Below are positions 29,038-38,429 of a DNA stretch of 64,000 bases, one piece after another. A program made the translations under genes and the position numbers. The notes beneath the pieces are model-generated. The model did not search any database and was not told the DNA's origin. It saw only the letters and a list, made by a program, of their open reading frames with translations. Origin of the DNA: an uncultured delta proteobacterium. GTDB lineage: Bacteria; Desulfobacterota; RBG-13-43-22. Each line of letters starts with the position of its first letter. Within the stretch, counting starts at the first letter, position 1. The stretch covers positions 32,001-96,000 of the forward strand of contig CAWDKY010000028.1 in NCBI GenBank assembly GCA_963802945.1, in the 5' to 3' direction.

Positions 29038-29763
29038 TCAAAAAATGGGCCTCTTGGAAACCCCCAAATAAGTGGCTTTGATCTCCTCATTATCCTGGAT
29101 ATCTTTTGAAGTCCCCTGAAAAACCACCTGGCCGTTATCGATGATATAATGCCGGTCACCGACGGCCAGGGCCATCTGCAAATGCTGCTCGGCCAGCAGG
29201 ACGGTCTTTCCGTTCTGTTTCATTTCTAATATGGATTGACCGATTTGTTCAATAAGGATCGGGGACAATCCTTCCGTCGGCTCATCCATGAGAATCAGAC
29301 GCACTGGCCCCAGGAGGGCACGGGCATTGGCCACCATCTGTAATTGTCCGCCGGATAGGGTCCGACTCTTATCTTTGCTTTTTTCTTTAAGTACGGGAAA
29401 CATAGTGTAAGCCTTTTCCAGTTCCCTTCGTTCATTTTTTATACCAGCGGCAACCAGGGCTAATCTTAAATTTTCCTCTACGGTCAGCATTGGGAATATA
29501 TGCCGGCCTTGCGGGATGAGTCGCAGACCGCAGTGAAAGATTTCATAAGGTTTCTTCCCCTGCATCTCTCGCCCGAATATCAAAACTTTTCCTTCCAGCG
29601 GCGGAGTCAGACCGATAATAGAACGGATGGTGGTGGTTTTTCCGGCCCCATTTCGTCCTAATAAACAAACGACTTCCCCTTCCTGTACTTCCAGCGAAAT
29701 CCCTTGTAGGACATGACTGGTCCCATAATAGCTGTGGACGGCTTCAAGGGTCAGGGCGCTCAT
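29038..29763 (-). CDS. livF: ABC ATPase, LivF-type
   Basis: YG.SHVL.G, GRNGAGKTT, PQGR.IF, LSGGQ.QM, DEPTEGL.P. Start at MSALT. Confidence 0.92.
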   Translation of the reverse strand: MSALTLEAVHSYYGTSHVLQGISLEVQEGEVVCLLGRNGAGKTTTIRSIIGLTPPLEGKVLIFGREMQGKKPYEIFHCGLRLIPQGRHIFPMLTVEENLRLALVAAGIKNERRELEKAYTMFPVLKEKSKDKSRTLSGGQLQMVANARALLGPVRLILMDEPTEGLSPILIEQIGQSILEMKQNGKTVLLAEQHLQMALAVGDRHYIIDNGQVVFQGTSKDIQDNEEIKATYLGVSKRPIF

Positions 29764-30500
29764 ACTCCTCCCAAATAGACCCGGCACACTTCCGGATCAT
29801 CGGCCACTTCTTCCGGTGAGCCTTCGGCAATTTTGCGGCCGAAATTCAAAACAAAGATGTGATCGGAAATGTTCATGACAATATCCATGTTGTGCTCGAT
29901 GAGAAAAATGGTGAAGTCCCGTGAGAGGTCCTTGATCAGATCCATGGTCTGAGAGGCCTCGGCCGGCGACATACCGCTGGTCGGTTCATCTAAAAGGAGG
30001 AGTTCCGGTCCGGTGGCTAAGGTCATCCCGATCTCCAGATGGCGCTGGTCTCCATGGCTGAGTTGACCGGCCGTGGTGTCCTGCCATTGGTCAAGACCGA
30101 TTCGTTTCAAGATCTCCTCGGTACGGCTTTTGACGCTGGCCATTTTCTGAAAACGGGTAAAAAAGCTCATTCTTCTCGGAGACCTGGTCTGCACGGCCAG
30201 AAAGATATTTTCCCAAACCGTCAGTCTCTGAAATATATTGGTGATCTGAAAGGAGCGGGCCAGGCCGGCCAGGGTAATTTCATGCTCTTTTAATCGAGCA
30301 ATGTCACGCTCCTTGAAAAGGATGGTACCCGAAGTTGCCGGAAAACGACCAGAGATGACATTAAAAAGCGTTGTCTTCCCAGCTCCGTTCGGTCCGATCA
30401 CACTGGTAATTTTTCCGGCTTCGACGTCGAGGTCGATCTGAGACAAGACTTCCAGGGCACCAAAATTTTTTCCAACCCCGCGCAGTTCAAGGATGGCCAT
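29760..30500 (-). CDS. livG: ABC ATPase, LivG-type
   Basis: GPNGAGKTT, ARSFQI, LSHG.QR.LE, LLDEPT.GMS, IEH.MD. Start at MAILE. Confidence 0.92.
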   Translation of the reverse strand: MAILELRGVGKNFGALEVLSQIDLDVEAGKITSVIGPNGAGKTTLFNVISGRFPATSGTILFKERDIARLKEHEITLAGLARSFQITNIFQRLTVWENIFLAVQTRSPRRMSFFTRFQKMASVKSRTEEILKRIGLDQWQDTTAGQLSHGDQRHLEIGMTLATGPELLLLDEPTSGMSPAEASQTMDLIKDLSRDFTIFLIEHNMDIVMNISDHIFVLNFGRKIAEGSPEEVADDPEVCRVYLGGV

Positions 30501-31452
30501 AATATTTTCCTTTATGTAACCGTTGGCCGATCTTGCGGCTGAGGGCCATGATCCCACCGGGACTGAATAAGATTACGGTAACAAAGATAGCACCCAGGAT
30601 CATCATCCATGAATCCGCCAACCAACTGGAAAGGATATCACCCAGAATGATGACTACCCCGGAACCGATCACCGGGCCCACTAGGGTGCCCATTCCTCCC
30701 AAAAGGGCCATCATAATAATTTCTCCCGAAACGGCCGGGTGATAGAGGTTGGGAGAAACAAAAGAGTTGAAGGCCGCTAAGAGCGCGCCGGCAAAGCCGC
30801 CATAAATACCGGAAATAATGAAGACCAGCAGAATGGTTTTCCGGGTATCGTAACCCAAGAATTTGGTCCTTTCCTCATTTTCCCTGATACCCACCATGAC
30901 TCTTCCAAAGGCGCTTTGGGTAATCAAGCGAGCCAATAGATAGCCGGCGATAAGACAAGCCAGGGAAAAATAATAAAAGGAATTTTCCCCGGACAGGCTT
31001 AATCCAGGGAAAATGATCGGCTTGGGCACGGCCGAAAGGCCATTGGAAGCACCGATGAACTCTAAGGTGTTGGCGGTGACAAAAAAGAATTGGGCAAAGG
31101 CGAAGGTCAAAAAAACGAAATAAATTTCCCGGGTGCGGATGGATAAAAACCCGATAATATAAGCCAGCAAGGCACTGCATAGAATGGTGATAACAATCGG
31201 CGGCCAAAACCATGGGGTCCAATGCTTTAGTATCATTCCGGTCAGATAGGCCCCGGTACCGAAAAACAGGGCGTGACCATAGGAAACCATTCCGGTATAC
31301 CCGGCCAGCAAATCAAAACCGACCACGATGATGGCATAAATAAAGATACGGGTCAGGAGGGAGACATAGAAGCTGCTGTAAAGGATATTGGCTCCCAGGG
31401 GAAAGGCCATCAGAGCGGCCAGAAGAACCCCTATCCAATAGCGGCGTCTCAT
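30487..31452 (-). CDS. livM: ABC permease, LivM-type
   Basis: G.TG.VS.GHA.FFG.GAY, YF..LT.AFAQ, FGR...GIRENE.R...LG, LGG.GT..GP. Confidence 0.92.
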   Translation of the reverse strand: MRRRYWIGVLLAALMAFPLGANILYSSFYVSLLTRIFIYAIIVVGFDLLAGYTGMVSYGHALFFGTGAYLTGMILKHWTPWFWPPIVITILCSALLAYIIGFLSIRTREIYFVFLTFAFAQFFFVTANTLEFIGASNGLSAVPKPIIFPGLSLSGENSFYYFSLACLIAGYLLARLITQSAFGRVMVGIRENEERTKFLGYDTRKTILLVFIISGIYGGFAGALLAAFNSFVSPNLYHPAVSGEIIMMALLGGMGTLVGPVIGSGVVIILGDILSSWLADSWMMILGAIFVTVILFSPGGIMALSRKIGQRLHKGKYYGHP

Positions 31453-31453
31453 T

Positions 31454-32344
31454 TCAATCCTCCTTGAACAGACCTTCCGGGCGAAAAAGGAGGACTACGA
31501 CCATCAAAAACCAGACCGAAAATTTGGCCACCCCAGTAAAAAATTGGGCCCCGAAGGCATCGGTGATACCCAGGAGGAGCGAACCGACCACGGCTCCGCG
31601 AAAAGAACCCATGCCGCCGATAACGACCACCAGAAGCGCGCTGGTCAGCAACTCAAAGTCCATCTCGGGATTGATGGCCCGCATGGATCCGATGATTACC
31701 CCCGCTAAAGCGGCCAAACCGGCACCGATGGCAAAAACGATGGTGAAAACCCGGTTAATGTTGATACCGAAGGCATTGATCGTCTCCAGGTCGTGCATGC
31801 CGGCTCGAATGACGATACCCCATTTAGTCCGGCTGATGGTGATCCAGAGAATCCCGGCAATAGTGGCGCTGAAAAGAAGCACAAAAAAACGGAAACGGGG
31901 ATAATCCAGACCGAAGAAATGGATATAACCTTTCAAATAAGAAGGAAGGGTGATCGATAACTGGTCCCCTCCCCAAGTCAGTAAAACCGTATTGGCGATG
32001 ATCATGGCCAGCCCGACCGTGAGAAGAAGCTGGTACAAAGGGTTCAGGCCATAGAGAGGACGGATAGTAAAGGCTTCCATTAAAATACCGATCCCGGCCA
32101 CGATCAAGGGGGCCACGATCAGGGAAATCCAGAAATTGCCGGTTACCTGAACCAGGGTATAGCCGAAGTAAGCCCCCAGCATACAGAGGCCACCATGGGC
32201 GAAGTTGAGAACACCCATCACCCCGAAGGTCAAAGAAAGTCCGCTGGCGATGAGGATCAGGGCGCTGCCGATGGTGACCCCGTAAAGGAGGTTGGTTAAT
32301 AAAAGAGAGAGGTCCAAGGTCGTTATAAGCCTTCTCTGTTTCAA
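31454..32344 (-). CDS. livH: ABC permease, LivH-type
   Basis: GLSL.FG.MGV.NFAHG, T.WG..IRA, VVIGGMGS..GA, RP.GLF. Exact start uncertain. Confidence 0.92.
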   Translation of the reverse strand: MKQRRLITTLDLSLLLTNLLYGVTIGSALILIASGLSLTFGVMGVLNFAHGGLCMLGAYFGYTLVQVTGNFWISLIVAPLIVAGIGILMEAFTIRPLYGLNPLYQLLLTVGLAMIIANTVLLTWGGDQLSITLPSYLKGYIHFFGLDYPRFRFFVLLFSATIAGILWITISRTKWGIVIRAGMHDLETINAFGININRVFTIVFAIGAGLAALAGVIIGSMRAINPEMDFELLTSALLVVVIGGMGSFRGAVVGSLLLGITDAFGAQFFTGVAKFSVWFLMVVVLLFRPEGLFKED

Positions 32345-32357
32345 TAAAATAAGAGCC

Positions 32358-32440
32358 CTCAGCTTTCAGCAAAACCCTTGGAAAATATCGACTTGCCTAA
32401 ATGCAAAATGCTAATCGCTGAACGCTGATAGCTAACCGCT
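32358..32440. repeat. 7-nt-period inverted tandem repeat (AGCTWTC / GCTGAWA type)
   Basis: ctc-agctttc-agcaaaa ... gctaatc-gctgaac-gctgata-gctaacc-gct, between the binding-protein gene and livH. Confidence 0.65.
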
Positions 32441-32443
32441 CCA

Positions 32444-33697
32444 TCACTTGCTCATTTTGCATTCGCCGCCCGGTGCATCCGGTCCAGAATACGGTGTGCC
32501 GAAATTGCCCACACTGGCTGCCGTTTTCAGGAAATATTTTCCGTCTTTCTGCTGAACCTGGAAGAGATAAATGGGCACATTAGCCACATGGTTGGGATCC
32601 ATTTTGATATGGCCACGCGGACTCTTATAATCGGCTTTTTCAATCCCATCAATAATCTTTTCCGTATTTTCCGGGTTACCGCCGGCGGCATCCAGACCTT
32701 TGATCATCATGGTTCCCACTTCATAACCGAGAATGACGCTTTCATCAGCCAAATCTCCGGGAAACATTTTGGCAAAAGCGGCCTTGAAGGCGGTATTTTC
32801 CTTATTCTCCAGCCAATAGCTCCAATGGAAGACGTGGTAATTGCCGAGAACTCCATCTCCCATGGAGGGCAGGATGGCCGGGCCGAAGCCGCCCAAGCCG
32901 ACGATGATGGGAACATTTTCTTTCCTAAGCCCGAACTCGTCAAACTGCTTGACGAAATTAATTAAATCATTCCCACCGAGGAAACCGAAGATGCCATCAG
33001 GTTTGGGGCTAGCACTCTTGATCTTGGCCAGATAAGGGGCGAATTCAGTCGTTCCCAAGGGCGCGAAGAATGACCCAACCACCTGGCCCCCTTTTTTCTC
33101 AAACTGGTCTTTAAAGAATTTAACGACTTCATGCCCGGTGGAATAATCGGCCCCGATGAGGTAAACTTTTTTCCCTAATGTTTTCAGAAACCAGTCTGCA
33201 GCCGGATAGCTCTGGTTCCATGGGGTATGGCCGCAGAGGAAGGTGTAGCGGCTGCATGACTCGCCGCAAAGCTTGATATTCGCCCCATAGGCCAACAGCA
33301 TCAACTTCTTTTTCGGTTTAAGCATCTCGCTGACGGCCAAAGATTCATGTCCGGCGATGGGTCCTACCAGCATATGGACCTTTTCTTTATCGAAAAGTTT
33401 TTGGGCCTTTTCTATAGCCACGTTTGGTTTGCCCTGGGTGTCTTCGCTAAAAAACTTTACCTGGTCCTTGTATTTGGATAGGGCAAAGGCCAACCTCACC
33501 CCGTCTTCCACCCTTTTCCCGACCATGGCGTAAACCCCCGAATAGGACAGGGTCAGGCCGACCCTTATCTCTTGTTTGGCCGCCTGGGCCGGTAGGAACG
33601 GACTTGAAACGATTATGGCTGTCGCAACAAAGGCCGTTGCCTTTAAAAATTTTTTCCAATTAATTCCTAATGTTCTATTTTTATCATTGCTTTTCAT
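32444..33697 (-). CDS. Liv-type ABC substrate-binding protein (aromatic/organic acid type)
   Basis: Signal peptide, VGL...YSGVYA..G, EDT...P, ADY..G.E, PLGT.EF.PYL..I, SPRG. Confidence 0.9.
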   Translation of the reverse strand: MKSNDKNRTLGINWKKFLKATAFVATAIIVSSPFLPAQAAKQEIRVGLTLSYSGVYAMVGKRVEDGVRLAFALSKYKDQVKFFSEDTQGKPNVAIEKAQKLFDKEKVHMLVGPIAGHESLAVSEMLKPKKKLMLLAYGANIKLCGESCSRYTFLCGHTPWNQSYPAADWFLKTLGKKVYLIGADYSTGHEVVKFFKDQFEKKGGQVVGSFFAPLGTTEFAPYLAKIKSASPKPDGIFGFLGGNDLINFVKQFDEFGLRKENVPIIVGLGGFGPAILPSMGDGVLGNYHVFHWSYWLENKENTAFKAAFAKMFPGDLADESVILGYEVGTMMIKGLDAAGGNPENTEKIIDGIEKADYKSPRGHIKMDPNHVANVPIYLFQVQQKDGKYFLKTAASVGNFGTPYSGPDAPGGECKMSK

Positions 33698-34873
33698 AGC
33701 ATCCTCCTTTCGATACCTTTTAATTTGGTTTGGCTCTCCTTACCTCATTTTAGCGAGGGATGGCAAGACAAATTTCATCCCTTAAATCATATCAGATCGT
33801 ATTCTTCCTGAGGCCCAGCTTAGCCATGCCGCCGAACTGTTCCACGACGTTGCCCGGTGATGTATCTCCTTTGAATCCCCTGTAGAGCGTCTGCACGTTA
33901 ACGACTATTCGCTCCCGATCGGTCCAAGACGCGTATCTGGTCATGTCGATGGCGGCGATGGCCTCGTCAACTGACATATTCCGATCGTAGCGTTGCCGGG
34001 CTTCGGCAAGCAGATACTCCCAGTAGCCCTTCACGGCCTCTACCCCCTTTTTGTCTGTAATGGGACCATGTCCCGGGACGATGGTCTCAACGTCCATATC
34101 GAGGATCAGGTCGCAGGCCCTGATCCAGTTTGACACAGGGCCGACCCACATCAAGGGAGTCCCCCCGATAAATAGAATATCTCCGGAAAAAAGGGTCCGG
34201 TTCTCGGGAATAAAGACTAATAGATCACTTTCGGTATGGGTGGGACCGGCCTCGATCAGACTGGATCTCCTTCTGGCCCACTTTAATGTTTAAGCGTCCC
34301 TCAAACGTGCGGGTCGGCGGGATAGGGTTGATTCCTTCGAAATTGAACGGTCCGAAACTCTGGAGTATATAGGCCCCGAGATCACCCATGCCCGGTGCTG
34401 AAGCTTTGAGCTGGGCCAACATCTGAGGCGGGGTTCGAGTCATTTCTTTGGCGCAGGCCTTGGTACTGATGATCTCCGCGCCATGGACCAGTTCATTGCC
34501 GTAATAGTGGTCGCCATTCCCGTGAGTGATCACCAGAGTATTGATGGCAGTCGCCGCCTTTGTTGCTGCGGCCATGGTCGCCAGCATCTCCCGGGTGAGA
34601 GCAAGATCGAACAAAGTGTCAATCAGCAAAGATTCTTCTCCCTCCACGACAAGCCCGGCATTGTTCCACCCCCAGGAGCCGTCGGGCTGGAGGTAGGCAT
34701 ATACCCCGTTCCCCAGATCATGAAGGCCCTTGGTATACTTCCACTTATTCATAACACCCTGATTGAGTCCTAACTTTCTGTTTTTATCATTGCGCTTCAT
34801 AGAACCCTCTTTCGATTCGTTTTGTTGGGTTTGATTCTTCTCGCCTTGTTTTATAGAGTGATGGAAAGATAAA
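33665..34873 (-). repeat. Degenerate ~105-bp direct repeat pair (33665-33772 and 34768-34873) flanking the MBL gene
   Basis: Collinear blocks tcctaa/tttttatcattgc/ttcatag/ctttcgat/ggtttg/gatgg.aaga.aaa. The copies translate as MKSNDKNRTLG and MKRNDKNRKLG. Confidence 0.8.
33792..34752 (-). pseudogene. MBL-fold metallo-hydrolase split by a one-base insertion near 34260
   Basis: NAGLV, LIDT, TH.NGDH.YGN in the 5' ORF. Removing one T gives EIQLIEAGPTHTESD...FSGDILF.GGTP, continuing to VPGHGP. May be a sequencing error. Confidence 0.82.
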
Positions 34874-35040
34874 AAACATATTGATTTAATGAGTAAATAT
34901 TATTCAGGTAAGTCACCCCTGTCAAGGGGAATTTGGTCTGATTTTTTGTTGGGTTAGGTGTGGAAAAATAAATGAATTAGTTATAGGTGGAATATGAGAA
35001 TGTATTCATCAGAGTGCGGAGGTAAAAGGGCCGAAGCCGG

Positions 35041-35075
35041 TTCAATGACCCCCGGCAAAACCGGAGGTCATTGAA
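35041..35075. terminator. Hairpin downstream of the FAD oxidoreductase gene
   Basis: TTCAATGACCCCCGG-CAAAA-CCGGAGGTCATTGAA inverted repeat. Confidence 0.55.
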
Positions 35076-35097
35076 CTTCCGATGGTCTGACGGAAAA

Positions 35098-36531
35098 TCA
35101 GAAGGCGTGCTGTTTAATTCTCTCTTGAGCCTGTTGAGCCTTTTTTTGGTATTCAGTAAAAACGGACTTGGGCAAATATTTAATACTGATGCGCGCGCCT
35201 TGCCTACTTAAGGTGTCTTGCAACAACTTCACATCGAGTTTCTTCGGACTTACATTATTCTTTGCCGATAGGGCGGCGGCCGTTCCTGCTGCCTGACCGG
35301 TACAGACACTGGGCGTGCAATACCTGGTGGCGCAGAAGGTAATGAAATCCGTAGACATGGACGAACCGGCGGACAGGAGGTTTTCGGTCTCTTTAGAGAT
35401 AAGACACCGATAGGGGATATCATAGGGCGGGATGTCGCCCAGCCAGGCATGTTCATCGTCGGGGCCGAAGACATCCGGGCACATATTGCTGATGGCAATG
35501 GAATCAGCGAAGGCCTTGCCTTGCCTCATATCTTTTTCCGTTAGGACATATTCTCCCAGCAAGCGATGCGTATCCCTGAGCATCATGGAATTGGGCGTTT
35601 TCTCTATGTAAGATTTCTCGAAACCCGGGACATTTTTCTTTAGAAGATTAAACATAGACCAAGCCTGCTTCCGCAGATCTATTTCCCCATTGGTAATGTC
35701 TGTCGTCAGCCACCCATGATGCCCCATGGGCAAAGCATACTGAGGTCCCAGAATCCATATCGATCCCCGACCCCATATTTCGCTTAAAAGAAAAGCGGCG
35801 CGGTTCCCATAGAGCGTTCCATCCGCTTTCGACTTCTTGATCAGTTCCCTGCCGCCCCATAAACCACCCCATTCTTCGGGATGTTCTTTTCTGAAGGCTT
35901 TTAACTTGGCATAGTCGACGCCGCCAAAGAAGAAGGTATAGCCGAATCCTGAATGGCGCCCCTTCTTCGGACCACTGGGAAAGCCTTCGTCCATACAGGG
36001 CGCACCGGATTTCCAGGCGATGTCTGCGCTACCCGTGGTATCGACGATCACCTTCCCTGTGACAGCCTGACGACCCTCTTTGCTCTCGATGATAACGGCC
36101 TTGAGAGTTTTGCCTTCTTTAACGGCCGAGGCGCCGAAGACGTGGTACATGGGTTTGACCCCTGCCTCCAAGATCATATTGTCCAAAAGAAATTTGTAGC
36201 TTTCAATGTCGAAGAATATACCGCCCATGCCTTTGCCGATGCGGGTATCGGCCGAGGTGTCCCGGATGAGCCCGCCGTTTCTCTTCAGGCCGTAAATAAT
36301 ATCGGAAATGACACCGCCTTGGATTTCCGGATCGATAAAAGAAAACGAGGCGTTAAAACCCTGGGTCTGCATTCCTCCCAGGCTGTTGAATTGCTCCAGT
36401 AGAATTGTTTTAGCCCCGTTTCGAGCGGCCGCAAGGGCGGCACCTATGCCGGCCGGCCCGCCGCCGACGACGATAACATCAGCCTCGTCGATTACCGGAA
36501 TTTTCTTTTGTGGTTCAATAATGCTCTTCAT
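35098..36531 (-). CDS. FAD-dependent oxidoreductase (FAD_oxidored family)
   Basis: DV.VVGGGPAG..AA.AAAR.G, LGG, VD.TG.AD.A, R.THR..GEY.LT, Y.IPYR.L......NLL.AG, GQAAG.AAA. Confidence 0.9.
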   Translation of the reverse strand: MKSIIEPQKKIPVIDEADVIVVGGGPAGIGAALAAARNGAKTILLEQFNSLGGMQTQGFNASFSFIDPEIQGGVISDIIYGLKRNGGLIRDTSADTRIGKGMGGIFFDIESYKFLLDNMILEAGVKPMYHVFGASAVKEGKTLKAVIIESKEGRQAVTGKVIVDTTGSADIAWKSGAPCMDEGFPSGPKKGRHSGFGYTFFFGGVDYAKLKAFRKEHPEEWGGLWGGRELIKKSKADGTLYGNRAAFLLSEIWGRGSIWILGPQYALPMGHHGWLTTDITNGEIDLRKQAWSMFNLLKKNVPGFEKSYIEKTPNSMMLRDTHRLLGEYVLTEKDMRQGKAFADSIAISNMCPDVFGPDDEHAWLGDIPPYDIPYRCLISKETENLLSAGSSMSTDFITFCATRYCTPSVCTGQAAGTAAALSAKNNVSPKKLDVKLLQDTLSRQGARISIKYLPKSVFTEYQKKAQQAQERIKQHAF

Positions 36532-36793
36532 AAAAACCCCTCCTCAATAAGTTATATCTTCATATAATTAACATGTTTCCCCTTATAACTCAGTAAAAAA
36601 TAAACCAAATCAGCAGTTCGCAGCCCTCTGCTCTGGGGAATATTTCCCTCTTGACGTACCTTCCGCTTTTCTCTATATATGCTATAGTCAAAAAAAACGA
36701 TTTCATCAATCAAGAAATAAAATTTTTCAGCCGATCGTTTTTTAGATAATAGCCAACCTTTTTCCCGAATAAATAGAATCAGGAGGATAAGCG

Positions 36794-37951
36794 ATGAATT
36801 TTGCACTGACCGAAGAACAAAAGATGCTTCAGGATATGGCCAGGGATTTTGCTGAGAATGAGATCACACCTCATGTGGAGGAAGATGAAAAAAGTCAGCA
36901 CTGGCGCAAAGAGATCTTTGACAAGATGGCCGAGTTAGGCTTTTTCGGCTTTTGTATCGATGAACAATACGGCGGTAACGGCATGGGATTTCTGGAAGGC
37001 GCTCTGGCCATTGAACAAGTGGCCAAGGTCCACACCTCATGGCGGATGCCTTTTAACATGCAATGCTGGGGGCCGTCTTTGACCATTCAGAAGTTCGGTA
37101 CGGAAGAGCAGAAAAAACAATATATCCCCAAATTTGTCAGCGGAGAATACATCGGCAGTTTCGCCATGACCGAGACCGATGTCGGATCCGACGTAGCCGG
37201 CATGAAATGCCGGGCGGAAGATAAAGGGGATTATTTCCTGATCAATGGCAATAAGATGTGGATCACCAACGGGACCATCACCACCCACGGCCTGTTGTAT
37301 GTGAAAACAGACAAAGACGCCGGGGCAAGAGGGGTGACCTGTTTTATCATGGACTACAGCCTTCCCGGGATTACCCGAAAAAAGATTCATAACAAAGTTG
37401 GACTTAGGGCCTCCGATACCGCAGAAATTACCTTTGAGGATGTCAAGGTTCCCAAAAACCTGGTCCTCGGACAAGTCAATAAGGGATTTCAGATGTGCAT
37501 GACCCAATTGAACAGCACCCGTCTGGGTTGTTCCGCCGGATCTCTCGGACTTTCCGGGGCCATTTTGGAGGAATCCGTCAAATACGCCAACGAGCGGTCG
37601 CAGTTCGGACAACAGATCGGTAAATTTCAATTGATCCAGCAGCAGATCGCCGAAATGAAAATGGAGCATGAGTCTCTGGCCGCCCTGGTTTATAAGGCAG
37701 CCTGGCTTAAAGACCTGGGACAACCCAATGTTATGGAGACTTCCATGTCCAAACTTTATGGGGCCAAGGTGGTGGTTCACGCCGCCAATGAGTGCATGAA
37801 ACTGTTCGGTTCCTTCGGCTATTCCGATGAATACCCCTGCGGCCGCTTCTTAAGGGATTCAAAGCAATTTGAAACCCTGGAAGGGACATCCAATATGCAC
37901 ACCACCATCATAGCCAATACGACCCTGGGTTATTCACCCAACAGGGCCTAA
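36794..37951 (+). CDS. Acyl-CoA dehydrogenase
   Basis: MNF.LT.EQ, F.MTE...GSD, NG.K.WITN, K.G.R.S.T.E..F.D, R.QFG..I..FQ, G..GYS.EY...R..RD, catalytic E in LEGTS. Confidence 0.95.
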   Translation: MNFALTEEQKMLQDMARDFAENEITPHVEEDEKSQHWRKEIFDKMAELGFFGFCIDEQYGGNGMGFLEGALAIEQVAKVHTSWRMPFNMQCWGPSLTIQKFGTEEQKKQYIPKFVSGEYIGSFAMTETDVGSDVAGMKCRAEDKGDYFLINGNKMWITNGTITTHGLLYVKTDKDAGARGVTCFIMDYSLPGITRKKIHNKVGLRASDTAEITFEDVKVPKNLVLGQVNKGFQMCMTQLNSTRLGCSAGSLGLSGAILEESVKYANERSQFGQQIGKFQLIQQQIAEMKMEHESLAALVYKAAWLKDLGQPNVMETSMSKLYGAKVVVHAANECMKLFGSFGYSDEYPCGRFLRDSKQFETLEGTSNMHTTIIANTTLGYSPNRA

Positions 37952-38038
37952 AATTCTGAGATTTGGGTGAGGGGCCTTACATCATAAGAATATGATGTGA
38001 GAGAGAGAAAATCAGGGAAAATTAAAAGGGTCTCATAA

Positions 38039-38338
38039 GATGGCCTCGCAAAAAGTCGCAAGAACCCTTTTCGTCATTCCGGGCTTGGAGACTGTGTCGC
38101 AATTATATTTTTGTCATTCCGTGCAAGCGAAGCGCGACACGGAATCCAGTATTTTCATTAAGTTCTGGATGCCGGCTTTCGCCGGCATGACGGCTTTGAT
38201 GGCGCTGTCCGCTATTACGACACAGTTTCTTGACCCGGAATCCAGAAACTTGAATAAGTTAACAAACCCCTGGACCCCGGCTGGAGTCTATCCCGCACTT
38301 GATGCGGGGCCGAGGTGACGACTTTTTGCGATTTCATC
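38039..38338. mobile_element. Nested non-autonomous elements: outer MITE-like unit with REP hairpins, inner MITE at 38088-38229
   Basis: Outer IR GATGGCCTCGCAAAAAGTCG / CGACTTTTTGCGATTTCATC (17/20). Inner IR GAGACTGTGTCGCAAT / ATTACGACACAGTTTC (14/16), flanked by a TTG duplication that splits the REP GTCATTCCGGGC-TTG-ACCCGGAATCCAG. Confidence 0.8.
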
Positions 38339-38429
38339 ATATGAAAAGCACAATATATTTATTCTGCAAACTTATTGACGCTATGTATAATAAACGTTTA
38401 AATATTTAAAGATCAAGGGAGGGAAGGGC

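Noticed and set aside
38040-38318. 92-aa ORF
   Set aside because: Lies entirely within the nested MITE/REP element; spurious.
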